A stretch of 64,000 nt of DNA. Source: Alphaproteobacteria bacterium. GTDB lineage: Bacteria; Pseudomonadota; Alphaproteobacteria; RF32; CAG-239. The translations under genes and the position numbers were made by a program. The stretch spans positions 212,604 to 276,603 of the forward strand of contig JAWXUC010000001.1 of NCBI GenBank assembly GCA_044432975.1, read 5' to 3'. How positions within the stretch are numbered: position 1 is the first letter of the stretch; the number at the start of each line of letters is the position of its first letter. The notes under the pieces are model-generated. The model had not been told where the DNA came from. It saw only the letters and a program-made list of their open reading frames with translations, and searched no databases. Shown here in pieces: positions 10,542 to 22,408 of the stretch.

Positions 10542-11575
10542 CGCTTAACCTTTATAATAGAACTATCTCCATAAGAGTAAAAACGATAACCATTGTCCAT
10601 TGCATGCTTATAAGCTCCTTGCATAAAATCCAAGCCAGCAATAGCAGAAATCAACATAAACAAAGTAGATTTTGGCAAATGAAAATTTGTAATAATATAA
10701 TCAATCACCTTAAACTTATATCCAGGAGTAATAAAAATATCTGTATCACCACACCAAGGCTTTAAAAAACCTGTTTCATCAGCAACCGTTTCTAAAACAC
10801 GCAAAGAAGTTGTTCCAACCGCAATTACTTTTTTTCCATTTTTTTTAGCTTCATTAATTGTATCACAAACATCTTGGGTAATAATTCCATATTCTGAATG
10901 CATTTTATGATTTTCAGTATTTTCAACCTTAACTGGCAAAAAAGTACCTGCCCCAACATGCAAAGTTAAAAAAACTTTTTTAACCCCTTTAGCTTCAAGC
11001 TTTGCAAAAACCTCATCCGTAAAATGTAACCCCGCAGTAGGTGCTGCAACAGCCCCTTCATGTTTTGCATAAATAGTCTGATAACTTTTGAAGTCATTTT
11101 CATTTTTTGCATCACGTTTAATATATGGAGGCAAAGGCATAAAACCATGCTGATTTAAGTTTATTTGCACATCTTCAGGCGCACATAAAAACTCTAACAA
11201 AACACCTTCATCACCTTTTTTCTCAATTATTTTTGCAGTAAAATCAGAATTGTTAATAACAATAACATCATCAATTTTCAAGCGTTTTGAGTTTTTAATA
11301 AAAGCCCACCACAACACTTGAGAAACAGGACGATATAAAGTTATTTCTAGCTTAGCCTCACCACGTTGAGCAAGCATTCTTGCTGGAATAACCTTTGTAT
11401 TATTAAACACCAAAACATCACCATCATCTAACAAATCTGGCAAATCATAAAAATGCTTATCACTAATCATAGGTGGATTAGACAAGTCCAAGAGCTTAGA
11501 TGCATCTCTAGGATTTGCAGGCTGATTAGCAATTAAACTTTTATCTAAATCAAAATCAAAAATATCTACTTTCAT
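10538..11575 (-). CDS. queA: S-adenosylmethionine:tRNA ribosyltransferase-isomerase
   Basis: 345 aa with the QueA N-terminus (FDFDLDKSLIANQPANPRDASKLL) and conserved core (GTFLPVK, PLPPYI). Confidence 0.9.
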   Translation of the reverse strand: MKVDIFDFDLDKSLIANQPANPRDASKLLDLSNPPMISDKHFYDLPDLLDDGDVLVFNNTKVIPARMLAQRGEAKLEITLYRPVSQVLWWAFIKNSKRLKIDDVIVINNSDFTAKIIEKKGDEGVLLEFLCAPEDVQINLNQHGFMPLPPYIKRDAKNENDFKSYQTIYAKHEGAVAAPTAGLHFTDEVFAKLEAKGVKKVFLTLHVGAGTFLPVKVENTENHKMHSEYGIITQDVCDTINEAKKNGKKVIAVGTTSLRVLETVADETGFLKPWCGDTDIFITPGYKFKVIDYIITNFHLPKSTLFMLISAIAGLDFMQGAYKHAMDNGYRFYSYGDSSIIKVKR

Positions 11576-11632
11576 AACAACGCACTATAAATCAAAGAAT
11601 ATAAAAAACAATTAATAAATTTAAAAATAATG

Positions 11633-11655
11633 TGTGAAAAACCATTCACACACTA
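11633..11655 (-). terminator. Intrinsic terminator downstream of pgk
   Basis: The hairpin GTGTGAA-AAACCA-TTCACAC is followed by a T-run on the minus strand. Confidence 0.45.
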
Positions 11656-11677
11656 TAAAATATATTTCAAATAAAAA

Positions 11678-12883
11678 TTATTTACTTAAAACAACAACAC
11701 CTGGAAGTTCTTTTCCTTCCATCCATTCTAAGAAAGCACCGCCTGCTGTAGAAATGTATGAGAAGTCTTTAGAAACACCTGCGTGTTCAAGAGCAGAAAC
11801 AGTATCTCCACCGCCGCCAACAGATGTTAATTTGCCAGCTTTTGTTAAAGCCGCAGCATAAGCTGCAACTTTGTTTGTTGCATTATCAAATGGTGTTAAT
11901 TCAAACACACCCAAAGGTCCGTTCCAAACAAGAGTTTTGCATTCATCTAACTTAGCGTTAATGTCTGCAATACTTTGTGTTCCAACGTCCATTAAAATCC
12001 AACCATCAGCAGGAATTTCATTTGGAGCAACAGTTTTGTTTTCTGCATTTGCTTTAAATTCAGTTGAAACCACAACATCAGCAGGCAAAATAATTTCACA
12101 ATTATTAGCTTTAGCTGTAGCCATAATTTCTGTTGCAGTGTCAAGCATATCCATTTGAACCAAAGAGTTCTTTTCATTAACTTCTTCAATACCATTAGCT
12201 CTCATAAATGTATGAGCCATACCACCAGCAATCACAAGTTTATCAACTTTTTTAACCAAGTTGTTTAACAAATCTAATTTTGTAGAAACTTTAGAACCAC
12301 CAACAACAGCCATTAAAGGACGAGTTGGATTGTTCAAACCAGATGTTAAAGCATTAACTTCTTCTTCCATCAATAAACCCATAGCAGATGGTCTTAATTT
12401 AACAGCAGCAACCATAGAAGCGTGAGCTCTGTGTGCAGTTGAGAAAGCATCAGAAACATAAAAATCAACAGGAGCAACTAATTTTGCAGCCCATTCTTCA
12501 TCACCTTTAGTTTCTTCTTTATAATAACGAAGATTTTCTAACAACAAAACTTCATCACTAGCCATAGAACCAATAGCAGCTTCTACTTTTTCACCAATAC
12601 AATCTGCAACAAAAGTTACTTTTGATCCCAAAGCAGATTGCAAATCTTTAACAATGTGGTTTAATGTTGTAGCTTCATCACCAAAACCAGCTGGTCTACC
12701 AAAGTGAGAAACAACCACAACTTTAGCACCTTTTTCCATTAAAGTTTTAATAGTAGGAACTGTTCTATCGATTCTAGCAGTATTTGTAACTTCAAATTTT
12801 TCATTAACAGGTACATTCAAGTCAGCTCTAAGCATAACAACTTTGCCACTAATATTACCTAAATCATTTATAGTTTTATACAT
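11678..12883 (-). CDS. pgk: Phosphoglycerate kinase
   Basis: 401 aa carrying PGK signatures (RADLNVP, GGGAS-like GGGDT...A). Confidence 0.95.
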   Translation of the reverse strand: MYKTINDLGNISGKVVMLRADLNVPVNEKFEVTNTARIDRTVPTIKTLMEKGAKVVVVSHFGRPAGFGDEATTLNHIVKDLQSALGSKVTFVADCIGEKVEAAIGSMASDEVLLLENLRYYKEETKGDEEWAAKLVAPVDFYVSDAFSTAHRAHASMVAAVKLRPSAMGLLMEEEVNALTSGLNNPTRPLMAVVGGSKVSTKLDLLNNLVKKVDKLVIAGGMAHTFMRANGIEEVNEKNSLVQMDMLDTATEIMATAKANNCEIILPADVVVSTEFKANAENKTVAPNEIPADGWILMDVGTQSIADINAKLDECKTLVWNGPLGVFELTPFDNATNKVAAYAAALTKAGKLTSVGGGGDTVSALEHAGVSKDFSYISTAGGAFLEWMEGKELPGVVVLSK

Positions 12884-12950
12884 AAATTTATCCTTAAAAA
12901 AACAATAAGCCTTGAGAGATTCCTCCCAAGACTTATTTTTATAAATATAA

Positions 12951-14042
<1,092 letters not shown>

Positions 14043-14063
14043 TCACCAACAGTAGCTAAAAAA

Positions 14064-15020
14064 TCAATTATCCTTAACATTAGTATCTTTAACAATATAA
14101 ATAGGTCTGTTCTTTATTTCCGTATAAATTTTTGCAATATATTCACCCAAAATACCCATGCAAAACAATTGAATTCCACCCAAAAAACCAATAATACAAG
14201 TTAATGTTGGATAACCTGCAACAGGGTTGCCATAAATAAGTGTTCTAACAAAAGTATAAAAAACAAATAAAAATGAAGAAGCACAAATAGTTAAGCCCAA
14301 AATAGACGCCAACCTCAAAGGAGCTGTTGAAAAAGCAAGAATTCCTTCTAAAGAATACTTAAACAATCCCCAAAAAGACCAACTTGTAGCACCTGCAACT
14401 CTTTCAACATTTTTATATTCAAGCCATTTTGTTTTATAACCAACAAACGGAAATAAGCCTTTAGAAAACCTATTATACTCTTTCAATCTCAAAATAGAAT
14501 CAACCATTTGCCGTGTCATCAATCTAAAATCCCTTGCCCCATTTACAACCTTGGTGCTTGAAAATTGATTAATTAATTTATAAAACAAATTTGCAAAAAC
14601 TGAACGAATAACAGGCTCTCCTTCTCTAGAAAACCTCCTTGCCCCAACACAATCATATCCTTCTTTTTTTATTGCATCATACATTTCTTTTATCATCTCA
14701 AGAGGATCTTGCAAATCAGCATCAACAATAGTTACATAATCACCAATTGCCTTTTCAAGCCCAGCATACATAGCAGCTTCTTTTCCAAAGTTTCTAGAAA
14801 AAGAAATATATTTAATTCTCTCATCTTTTTTTGCAAGTTTTAAGATTACATCTAAAGTCTTATCTTTTGAGCCATCATTTATAAACAAGCATTCAAAAAC
14901 CACATCTTTTTTCATTTCTTTAGAAAATTTATCAAAAGCCTTATAAAAAAAAGGAAGCGCCTCCTCTTCATTATAACAAGGAACAACCAAACTAATTTTT
15001 TCTAATCTATTTTTATTCAT
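14064..15020 (-). CDS. Family 2 glycosyltransferase (polyprenyl-phosphate sugar transferase-like)
   Basis: It has the N-terminal GT-A fold (LVVPCYNEEE, DXD motif VDADLQDP) and two C-terminal TM helices. Confidence 0.8.
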   Translation of the reverse strand: MNKNRLEKISLVVPCYNEEEALPFFYKAFDKFSKEMKKDVVFECLFINDGSKDKTLDVILKLAKKDERIKYISFSRNFGKEAAMYAGLEKAIGDYVTIVDADLQDPLEMIKEMYDAIKKEGYDCVGARRFSREGEPVIRSVFANLFYKLINQFSSTKVVNGARDFRLMTRQMVDSILRLKEYNRFSKGLFPFVGYKTKWLEYKNVERVAGATSWSFWGLFKYSLEGILAFSTAPLRLASILGLTICASSFLFVFYTFVRTLIYGNPVAGYPTLTCIIGFLGGIQLFCMGILGEYIAKIYTEIKNRPIYIVKDTNVKDN

Positions 15021-15547
15021 AATTTTTCCTCTTTTTTGAAAACAAAATTTTTAAACAATATATAAGTTATTATAGTTGTTAACAAAACAGCACCAACTTG
15101 AGCAATTAATGGAGACAACAAAAAATGTCTAACAATAATCTCTAACACAATTGCGTTTATAACATAAGCGATTCCCCAAGTAAATAAACATTTAGAATAT
15201 TCTTCAAGCCAATTTCCCTTTGTGCAAAAAACATAATTTTTTTGAGTTGCAAAAGAAATAAAAGAAGAAAACACCCACGCAAAAAACAATGATAACTGAT
15301 ATCGCTCTTGCCCCATAATCAACAAAAACAAAACAAACAACAAATAACTAACAACAGTATTAAAGCCACCAACCAATAAAAAACGAAGTTTCTCAGGTAT
15401 TTTAAGCCAATTATCAAAAAGAAAACTATAAAATTCTTTTACTTTTAACAAAGAACAACCCCTCACACATTTATCAAAAAAGAATAATACAACTTCATAA
15501 AAAGTCAATAATATTATAATAACTAAAATATCCTCTTGCACTCTCAA
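15017..15547 (-). CDS. Small polytopic membrane protein, possibly GtrA-like, coupled to the GT2 gene
   Basis: It has 4-5 predicted TM helices and overlaps the downstream GT2 gene by 4 nt. Confidence 0.4.
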   Translation of the reverse strand: MRVQEDILVIIILLTFYEVVLFFFDKCVRGCSLLKVKEFYSFLFDNWLKIPEKLRFLLVGGFNTVVSYLLFVLFLLIMGQERYQLSLFFAWVFSSFISFATQKNYVFCTKGNWLEEYSKCLFTWGIAYVINAIVLEIIVRHFLLSPLIAQVGAVLLTTIITYILFKNFVFKKEEKL

Positions 15548-15570
15548 TATATATAGTATAAGTTTTTATC

Positions 15571-16455
15571 ATGATGAAAAAAAACTTATATATTCTAATG
15601 CTTTTAGCATTAACCTCATGCGCTTCTGACTCTATTTACGAAGACGCAGGCGGCAGATACAGATCCTCAGAATCTATATATTTAGAAAGAGGCAACGGAC
15701 ATTACAAAGTAGGAAACCCATATAAAATAATGGGCAAAAAATATTACCCCGAAGAAGATTATAATTACGAAGAAACAGGAATAGCATCTTGGTATGGCGC
15801 AGATTTTCACGCAAAAGACACTGCAAACGGTGAAGAATATAACATGCACACTATGACAGCAGCTCACAGAACCCTCCCTCTTCCATCTATTGTAGAGGTT
15901 ACAAACTTAGAAAATGGCAAAACCGCAATTTTTAGAGTAAACGATAGAGGACCTTTTGCCAAAAACAGAATTATAGACATCTCTAAAAAAGGAGCAGAAG
16001 TTTTAGGCTTTTCAAATCAAGGTACAACAAAAGTTAAAGTAAAAATTTTACCAGAAGAATCTAAAGCTCTAAAACAAGCATTATTAACAGGAAAAGAAGT
16101 AAACTTAAGGGTTGTTAAAAACAAAACTAATAACAACTCTATTATATATAGTTCATCAATAAACGATGATAATTATTTACAACCAATATCTTCTCTTTCT
16201 AACAAAAAAGATTTGTCTCCCAAAGTTGGCAACTACTATGTTCAAGTAGGTGCTTTCAATCAAAAAACTGGGGCAGAAAATTTACAAAACCAATTATCTT
16301 CTTTTAATGAAGTAAAAATATATCCAGCAACCATCGGTAATGGTCATTTTTACAGAGTACGTTTAGGACCATACGGTTCAAGACAACAAGCAGATGATGT
16401 ATTAATTCAAGTAAAAAACAGTGGCATACCTAATGCCCAAACAATACAGGACTAA
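15571..16455 (+). CDS. rlpA: Septal ring lytic transglycosylase RlpA (DPBB plus SPOR domains), a lipoprotein
   Basis: It has a lipobox LTSCAS, a DPBB domain (ASWYG...GEEYNMHTMTAAHRTLPLPS...RVNDRGPF) and a C-terminal SPOR domain (YYVQVGAF...YRVRLGPY). Confidence 0.8.
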   Translation: MMKKNLYILMLLALTSCASDSIYEDAGGRYRSSESIYLERGNGHYKVGNPYKIMGKKYYPEEDYNYEETGIASWYGADFHAKDTANGEEYNMHTMTAAHRTLPLPSIVEVTNLENGKTAIFRVNDRGPFAKNRIIDISKKGAEVLGFSNQGTTKVKVKILPEESKALKQALLTGKEVNLRVVKNKTNNNSIIYSSSINDDNYLQPISSLSNKKDLSPKVGNYYVQVGAFNQKTGAENLQNQLSSFNEVKIYPATIGNGHFYRVRLGPYGSRQQADDVLIQVKNSGIPNAQTIQD

Positions 16456-16459
16456 ATAA

Positions 16460-17590
16460 ATGAAAAAAATAATTTTATTTTTATCTTTACTTTTAATATC
16501 AACACAAGCAAATGCTTTTGAAACAAAAGCAAAGAATGTTATTTTAATCGACGCAGATACTGGCGCATATCTACTCACAAAAAACCATCAAATTCCGACA
16601 CCTCCAGCTTCTATGAGTAAGTTAATGACAACTTATATTATCTTATCAAAATTAAAAGAAGGTAGCATAAATTTAGATGATAAATTTAGTGTATCAGAAA
16701 ACGCATGGCGCAAAGGTGGCGCAGCCAGCGGCGGCTCAACAATGTTTTTACCAGTTAACTCAGAAGCAACCGTTGCAGATTTACTTAAAGGCATAACTAT
16801 TGTTTCTGGTAATGATGCTTGCATAGTAGCTGCAGAAAACATCGCAGGCTCTGAAGAGGCTTTTGCAATAGAAATGAACAAAACAGCTCAAAAGTTAGGA
16901 TTAAAAGCGTCTCACTTTGCCAACTCAACAGGTCTTCCACATCCTGACCATAAAATGAGTGTTGAAGATTTAAGTATTCTAGCCAAAGCAATCATCAATG
17001 AATTTCCAGAACATTACTCAATCTTCAAAGAAAAATTTTTCACCTATAATGGCATAAAACAATCAAACAGAAACCCTCTTCTTTATTCAATGCCAGAAGC
17101 TGATGGCCTTAAAACAGGACACACAGAAGAAGCTGGGTTTTGCTTAACAGCAACAGCAAAAAGAGATGACAGACGCCTAATATTTGTAATGACAGGATTA
17201 AACTCAAACAAAGAACGCTCTGAAGAAGCTCAAAACATAATGAATTATGGATTTAGAACATTTGATAATTACAACATATTCTCTCAAGGACAAAACATTA
17301 TAACAATGCCTGTTGCATTAGGCGTAAGACCTAGTATTGAAGCAATAATAAATCAAGACGTAAAAGTAACAACAAAAAAAATTGATTTCAGTAACATAAA
17401 AGCAACTGCAATTTATAACTCACCATTACAAGCCCCTATTAAACAAGGCGACAAAATTGGCACCTTAAAAATAGAAATACCTAAACAAGACAGTATAGAA
17501 GTTGACTTAATAGCAAACTCTTCTGTTGCAAAAATTGGCAAAGTAAAACAATTCTTTGCAAATCTAAAATATTTAATTTTAGGAGAATAA
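16460..17590 (+). CDS. dacC: D-alanyl-D-alanine carboxypeptidase (PBP5/6 family)
   Basis: It has a signal peptide and the SxxK (SMSK), SGN (IVSGNDA) and KTG (LKTGHT) motifs. Confidence 0.85.
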   Translation: MKKIILFLSLLLISTQANAFETKAKNVILIDADTGAYLLTKNHQIPTPPASMSKLMTTYIILSKLKEGSINLDDKFSVSENAWRKGGAASGGSTMFLPVNSEATVADLLKGITIVSGNDACIVAAENIAGSEEAFAIEMNKTAQKLGLKASHFANSTGLPHPDHKMSVEDLSILAKAIINEFPEHYSIFKEKFFTYNGIKQSNRNPLLYSMPEADGLKTGHTEEAGFCLTATAKRDDRRLIFVMTGLNSNKERSEEAQNIMNYGFRTFDNYNIFSQGQNIITMPVALGVRPSIEAIINQDVKVTTKKIDFSNIKATAIYNSPLQAPIKQGDKIGTLKIEIPKQDSIEVDLIANSSVAKIGKVKQFFANLKYLILGE

Positions 17591-17591
17591 A

Positions 17592-18215
17592 ATGTTTATA
17601 ACATTTGATGGCGGTGATGGAGTTGGCAAAACAACTCAAATAAAATTACTAGAAGAATTCTTATCAAAAAAAAATATTGATTTCATCACAACAAAAGAAC
17701 CTGGCGGCACTTTAGTTGGTCAAGAAATCAGAAAAATATTAGTAAACAAAAGAGCTGAAGATGTTAACCCCATAGCAGAAGCAATGCTTTATTTTGCTGA
17801 TCGCTGCCATCATGTTGAATTTAAAATAAAACCAGCCCTAAAAGAAGGAAAATTTGTCATATCAGACAGATTTGCAGATTCAACAAAAGCTTATCAATAC
17901 TATGGCTACAATAAAAGAGTTAAAGAAGAAGTTTTAGATAACCTATATCAAATTGCTGTTGGAGACTTCAAACCAGACTTAACAATAATCTTAGACATAG
18001 ACCCAGAAATTGGATTAAAGCGCTCTTTAAGAGAAGGCAACACAGAAACACATTTTGAACTAAAAGAAATTGAGTTTCACCACAATCTTCGCAACGGATT
18101 TTTAGAAATTGCCAAAAAAGAACCTGAAAGATGCGTTGTTGTAAATGCCAACGACACACCTGAAAATGTTCATAAAAAAATAGTAGAGGTTATTTGTGAT
18201 AGAGCCAAAATCTAA
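17592..18215 (+). CDS. tmk: Thymidylate kinase
   Basis: It has the P-loop FITFDGGDGVGKTTQ and the DRF/DRY lid motif (ISDRFADS). Confidence 0.9.
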   Translation: MFITFDGGDGVGKTTQIKLLEEFLSKKNIDFITTKEPGGTLVGQEIRKILVNKRAEDVNPIAEAMLYFADRCHHVEFKIKPALKEGKFVISDRFADSTKAYQYYGYNKRVKEEVLDNLYQIAVGDFKPDLTIILDIDPEIGLKRSLREGNTETHFELKEIEFHHNLRNGFLEIAKKEPERCVVVNANDTPENVHKKIVEVICDRAKI

Positions 18216-19224
18216 TTCTTATTTAATAGCCCAAGAAGAAGCCGAAGCATTTTTATTAAACGCATATAAAAATGACAGCCTTCACAACTCATATATATTT
18301 GCAGGTCCAAAGGGAATTGGCAAAGCAACACTTGCATATAAATTTGCCAGATTTTTATTATCTGGTGGCAAAAAAGATGCTGCATCTTTAGACATTTCCC
18401 CCACCTCACCTATCTACAAACAAATAGAAAGCGGCGCCCATCCAGACTTTAAGGTTTTAAAAAAAAGCTATAATAAAACAGATACCGCAAAAATCATAAA
18501 AGCCATCAATTCTGGCAAACCATTATCAGCAGAAGAATTACAAGAATTCAAAAAATCTTCAGTTATAAAAATAGATGAAGTTAGAACTATAAATGAATTT
18601 TTAATGAAAAGCTCTGCACTTGGCGGATATAGAATTGTTATTGTTGATAGCATTGATGACATGAACCAAAATGCCGCAAATGCAATTTTAAAAACATTAG
18701 AAGAACCACCATTAAAAACAATTTTAATATTAATCTCACATAATATAAATTCATTGTTGCCAACCATAAAATCAAGATGTGCAAAATTGTTCTTAAAACC
18801 ATTAGAAGAAAATCAAGTAGCAAGCCTACTTAGAAGATACATCCCTACAATGGAAGAAAAAAACATAAAAGCATTAGCAACGTTAAGCCCCCAAAGCATT
18901 GGCAAAGCCATAGACTATGCAGACTTTAATGTTGTAAAACAAAATGAAATGCTCCAAAATATCGTCTATGCAAAAAATAATTTCATGCTAAAAGACCTCA
19001 TAACCTTAGCCAATGAACTCTCAAAAACAGAAGAAACATTTACATTTGGTTTTGAAATAATCACAAACTTCTTAAAAGAAAATGCCCATGGATTTGAAAA
19101 TGTTGACACATTAAGCGATTTATATTTTGAAGCAAACCAAATATACAACCAAACATTAAGCCTAAACTTAGATAAAAAACAAGCCATAATAAAAATAGTT
19201 ACCAAGATAGCTCAAAACATATAA
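18196..19224 (+). CDS. holB: DNA polymerase III delta-prime subunit
   Basis: It has an AAA+ Walker A-like GPKGIGKATLA and the tmk-holB synteny. Confidence 0.75.
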   Translation: MIEPKSNSYLIAQEEAEAFLLNAYKNDSLHNSYIFAGPKGIGKATLAYKFARFLLSGGKKDAASLDISPTSPIYKQIESGAHPDFKVLKKSYNKTDTAKIIKAINSGKPLSAEELQEFKKSSVIKIDEVRTINEFLMKSSALGGYRIVIVDSIDDMNQNAANAILKTLEEPPLKTILILISHNINSLLPTIKSRCAKLFLKPLEENQVASLLRRYIPTMEEKNIKALATLSPQSIGKAIDYADFNVVKQNEMLQNIVYAKNNFMLKDLITLANELSKTEETFTFGFEIITNFLKENAHGFENVDTLSDLYFEANQIYNQTLSLNLDKKQAIIKIVTKIAQNI

Positions 19225-19303
19225 ACAAAAAACTTGACAAAATTTATTTTTATGATAAATTTCAAGCAAACAAAAACTATTCATTAATTAAAAACACAGC
19301 ATT

Positions 19304-19831
19304 ATGACAGCATTACAAAGAATCATGGGTATCAACGAGAATGAAGTTTTTACACCTATTGTAGACCTTGTTAACAAAAAAATTACAGAGCAAGAATTCT
19401 ATCAAGCACTAACTTCACCTGATAGCCTCAACGACAATGATCTCTGCTATATTCTTTCTTCTATCGTAGAAAAGAAGATAAGCAAAAGCATTTTCACAAC
19501 AACAGCTACAGGAATTCAGAACTTTTCAATTTTTATTGATGAGCTTGTTCTCGAGATGACAGCATTAGGCCACTTCGAAGAAGAAGACTTGAAAGAATAT
19601 ATGGGTCCACACGACACCATACACCAAGGCTTCAACAACAAGTTTGTTCAATATGTAACATTGAACCTTCTATCAAAAGATATCTACAAGTTCTTCTTAA
19701 GCAAAGTTACAGAACTTGAGGATGTTCTCGACGAAAACTCTGAGCAATCAATATTCCTCTCACCTGATGAAACTCTAAGAGAAATCTACAGAGAATTCTA
19801 CCCTGAAGAAGAATGCAAAGATTTTGAGTAA
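19304..19831 (+). CDS. Acidic hypothetical protein
   Basis: 175 aa with no recognisable motif. Its codon usage is slightly different and richer in GC than the neighbouring genes. Confidence 0.35.
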   Translation: MTALQRIMGINENEVFTPIVDLVNKKITEQEFYQALTSPDSLNDNDLCYILSSIVEKKISKSIFTTTATGIQNFSIFIDELVLEMTALGHFEEEDLKEYMGPHDTIHQGFNNKFVQYVTLNLLSKDIYKFFLSKVTELEDVLDENSEQSIFLSPDETLREIYREFYPEEECKDFE

Positions 19832-19849
19832 CTTCAAACCGCAAAAAGA

Positions 19850-19878
19850 AAAGGGTGAAAATAATTTATTTTCACCCT
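19850..19878. terminator. Bidirectional intrinsic terminator
   Basis: The hairpin AAGGGTGAAAATAATTTATTTTCACCCTT lies between convergent genes and has T-rich flanks. Confidence 0.5.
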
Positions 19879-19898
19879 TTTCGCATATCTAAACAATA

Positions 19899-20915
19899 TT
19901 AAATTTCTGCATTTATGCCATATTCAAGAAGTTTATTTCTAACAAAACCACGCAATGCAACCTCTGATCTTGCTCCATAATGAGAAATAACCTCAGCAGC
20001 ACAAATAGAACCAATAATAGCGCAAGTTCCCAAACTTCTACCTTGATTTAAGCCAAACAAAAATCCTGCTGCATATAAATCACCAGCACCTGTTGTATCA
20101 ACCACGGCTTCTACTTTTTCTGCTTCAACAAAAGTCTTTGTTCTACCTTTTACAACAACAGAACCTTTTTCACCACGAGTAATTGCAGCAATCTCAACTT
20201 TGTCTTTTATAAAATCTAAACCTTCATAAAAGTCCATATCCAAAAGAGCAACAAATTCTTCTTCATTACCAAATAAAACATCAACATATCTATTGATAAT
20301 TTTCAAGAAATCAAGTCTATTATTTTCAGCCAACGTTTTACCAGAAAGACTAAACGCAACTTTTCTATTATTTCTTTTTGCCAATTTAAATGCTTTTAAT
20401 AAAGCCATTTTAGAACTATGATCATCCCACAAATAACCTTCAACATATAAATACTTACTTCTTTTAATAATATCTTCATCAATATCGTCTTTAGAAAGCT
20501 CTGCACTAGCACCAAGATATGTAAACATAGAACGCTTTGCATCAGGAGTAACAAGAATAATACTTCTACCAGTAGATGGACCTTGATTCAAAGGCTCAGT
20601 AAAAAAGTCAACACCAGCACTACCAATAGAACGCTTAAAACTTTGCCCTAATTCATCTTCATGAATTTTTCCAATATAAGCAGTATTTCCACCTAAAGAA
20701 GCAATGCCTGCAACTGTGTTTGCGCTAGAACCACCTGAAACTTGAATCTCTGGAATAATGTCATTATAAATTTTTCCAGCTTCAAGAGCTCCCAAAAGAA
20801 TCATATCATCTTTAGGAAGCTCTCTTTCTGTTAAAAAACCGTCTCCGACTCTAGCTAAAACATCTACAATTGCGTTACCAATACCAACAACATCATAAAA
20901 TGTTTCTTCAGTCAT
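19899..20915 (-). CDS. PfkB-family carbohydrate/nucleoside kinase (adenosine kinase-like)
   Basis: It has the C-terminal PfkB signature DTTGAGDLYAAGFLFG and an N-terminal GG motif. Confidence 0.8.
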   Translation of the reverse strand: MTEETFYDVVGIGNAIVDVLARVGDGFLTERELPKDDMILLGALEAGKIYNDIIPEIQVSGGSSANTVAGIASLGGNTAYIGKIHEDELGQSFKRSIGSAGVDFFTEPLNQGPSTGRSIILVTPDAKRSMFTYLGASAELSKDDIDEDIIKRSKYLYVEGYLWDDHSSKMALLKAFKLAKRNNRKVAFSLSGKTLAENNRLDFLKIINRYVDVLFGNEEEFVALLDMDFYEGLDFIKDKVEIAAITRGEKGSVVVKGRTKTFVEAEKVEAVVDTTGAGDLYAAGFLFGLNQGRSLGTCAIIGSICAAEVISHYGARSEVALRGFVRNKLLEYGINAEI

Positions 20916-20917
20916 AA

Positions 20918-22282
20918 CTATTTTTCAGCCTTTTTTGTTTTTGATTTTTTTTCTTCTGGAGTTTCTTCATCAAAAGCCATCAACTCTTTAATGCTAACAA
21001 CTTTAGTATCAACTTTACATTTTTCCAAAATAGAATCAATTATTTTTTCTTCAAAGATAAGAGCTCTAAGAGCTTCTACAGCTTGTTTGTTTTTAAGATA
21101 ATAATCAAACACCATTTGTTCTTGACCAGGATATCTTCTAGCTTCTTCTAAAATAGCTTTATTAATATCTTCTGGTTTAATTTCAACTTTAGCATCTTTA
21201 CCAATTTCAGATAAAACAAGACCAAGTCTAACACGTCTTACAGCCAATTCTTTATATTCAGCCAACAAATCTTCTTCTTTTTTAGATTTTTCATCTTCAG
21301 AAAGTTGATTGTTTTTCTTAGCAGCTTCATATTGTTGTTTAATACCATCAAATTCCATATCAACCAATTTTTCTGGCAATTCAAAAGAATATTGCTTATC
21401 CATAGCATCTAACAATGTTTTTTTCAATTTTGTTTTTGTAACATTATCATAATCTGCTTTAATTTTTTCTTTAATAGAAGTTTTAATTTCTTCTAAGCTA
21501 GAAGCACCCATAGATTTCGCAAATTCTTCATCAACAACAGTTGGAGTAACTTCATGAATTTCTTTAATATCAACAACAAACAAAGAAGGTTTTCCAGCCA
21601 AATCTTTTGCATGATACTCTTTAGGGAACTCAACATTAACGTCAACTTTTTCACCAGCTTTTTTGCCAATTAATTGGTCTTCAAAACCAGGAATAAAAGA
21701 ATTTGAACCTAATTCTAATTTATAATCAGAACCTTTACCGCCTTCAAACTCAACACCGTCAACAGAACCTACAAAATCAATAACAGCGATATCGCCTTTT
21801 TTAGTTTCTCTGTCTTCAGAAATTTTTGCAGTAGAACGACGTGAAGATGCTAAATACTCTAAAGTTTTATTAACTTCTTCTTCATCAACATCAGCTTCTA
21901 ATTTTGTTAAAGAAATTTTATCAAAAGCTTCTATTTTAATTTCTGGAAGAACTTCAAAGTTAACATCAAATTCAAGATCTTTATCTTCAGCAAAAGAAGT
22001 AATTTTAACATCTGGTTGATAAGCAGGAGTTAATTTGTTTTGTTTCAACAATTCATCAACACCTTCTTGAACACTAATTTCTAAAACTTCACCCATAACA
22101 GATTGCAAATATTTTTGTTTTAAGATGTTCATTGGCACTTTGCCTTTTCTAAAACCTTGCACTTTAGCAGTTTTAGAAACTTCTTTTAATTGTTTTTCTA
22201 CATTTTTTGCAATTTCTGCAGCTTCAACAACAACCTTAAACTCTTTTTTAAGGCCTTTTTTTGATAAATCTTCAATTTTCAT
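20918..22282 (-). CDS. tig: Trigger factor
   Basis: It has the trigger factor domain order (N-terminal ribosome-binding domain, FKBP-type PPIase GFRKGKVP / FIPGFEDQL, C-terminal domain). The start is placed at MKIEDLSK (22282). The longer ORF in the track reads through the tRNA-Leu gene. Confidence 0.9.
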   Translation of the reverse strand: MKIEDLSKKGLKKEFKVVVEAAEIAKNVEKQLKEVSKTAKVQGFRKGKVPMNILKQKYLQSVMGEVLEISVQEGVDELLKQNKLTPAYQPDVKITSFAEDKDLEFDVNFEVLPEIKIEAFDKISLTKLEADVDEEEVNKTLEYLASSRRSTAKISEDRETKKGDIAVIDFVGSVDGVEFEGGKGSDYKLELGSNSFIPGFEDQLIGKKAGEKVDVNVEFPKEYHAKDLAGKPSLFVVDIKEIHEVTPTVVDEEFAKSMGASSLEEIKTSIKEKIKADYDNVTKTKLKKTLLDAMDKQYSFELPEKLVDMEFDGIKQQYEAAKKNNQLSEDEKSKKEEDLLAEYKELAVRRVRLGLVLSEIGKDAKVEIKPEDINKAILEEARRYPGQEQMVFDYYLKNKQAVEALRALIFEEKIIDSILEKCKVDTKVVSIKELMAFDEETPEEKKSKTKKAEK

Positions 22283-22323
22283 GGAATCTCTTTCTATATA
22301 TCTATTATATGTTATACATAAAA

Positions 22324-22408
22324 TGGTGCGGGTGGAGGGACTTGAACCCCCATGCCTTGCGGCGCTTGATCCTAAGTCAAGTGCGTCTGCCAATTTCGCC
22401 ACACCCGC
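22324..22408 (-). tRNA. tRNA-Leu (anticodon TAG)
   Basis: The minus-strand 85-nt sequence GCGGGTGTGGCGAAATTGGCAGACGCACTTGACTTAGGATCAAG...GGTTCAAGTCCCTCCACCCGCACCA has a long variable arm and the anticodon stem-loop CTTGA-CTTAGGA-TCAAG. Confidence 0.85.
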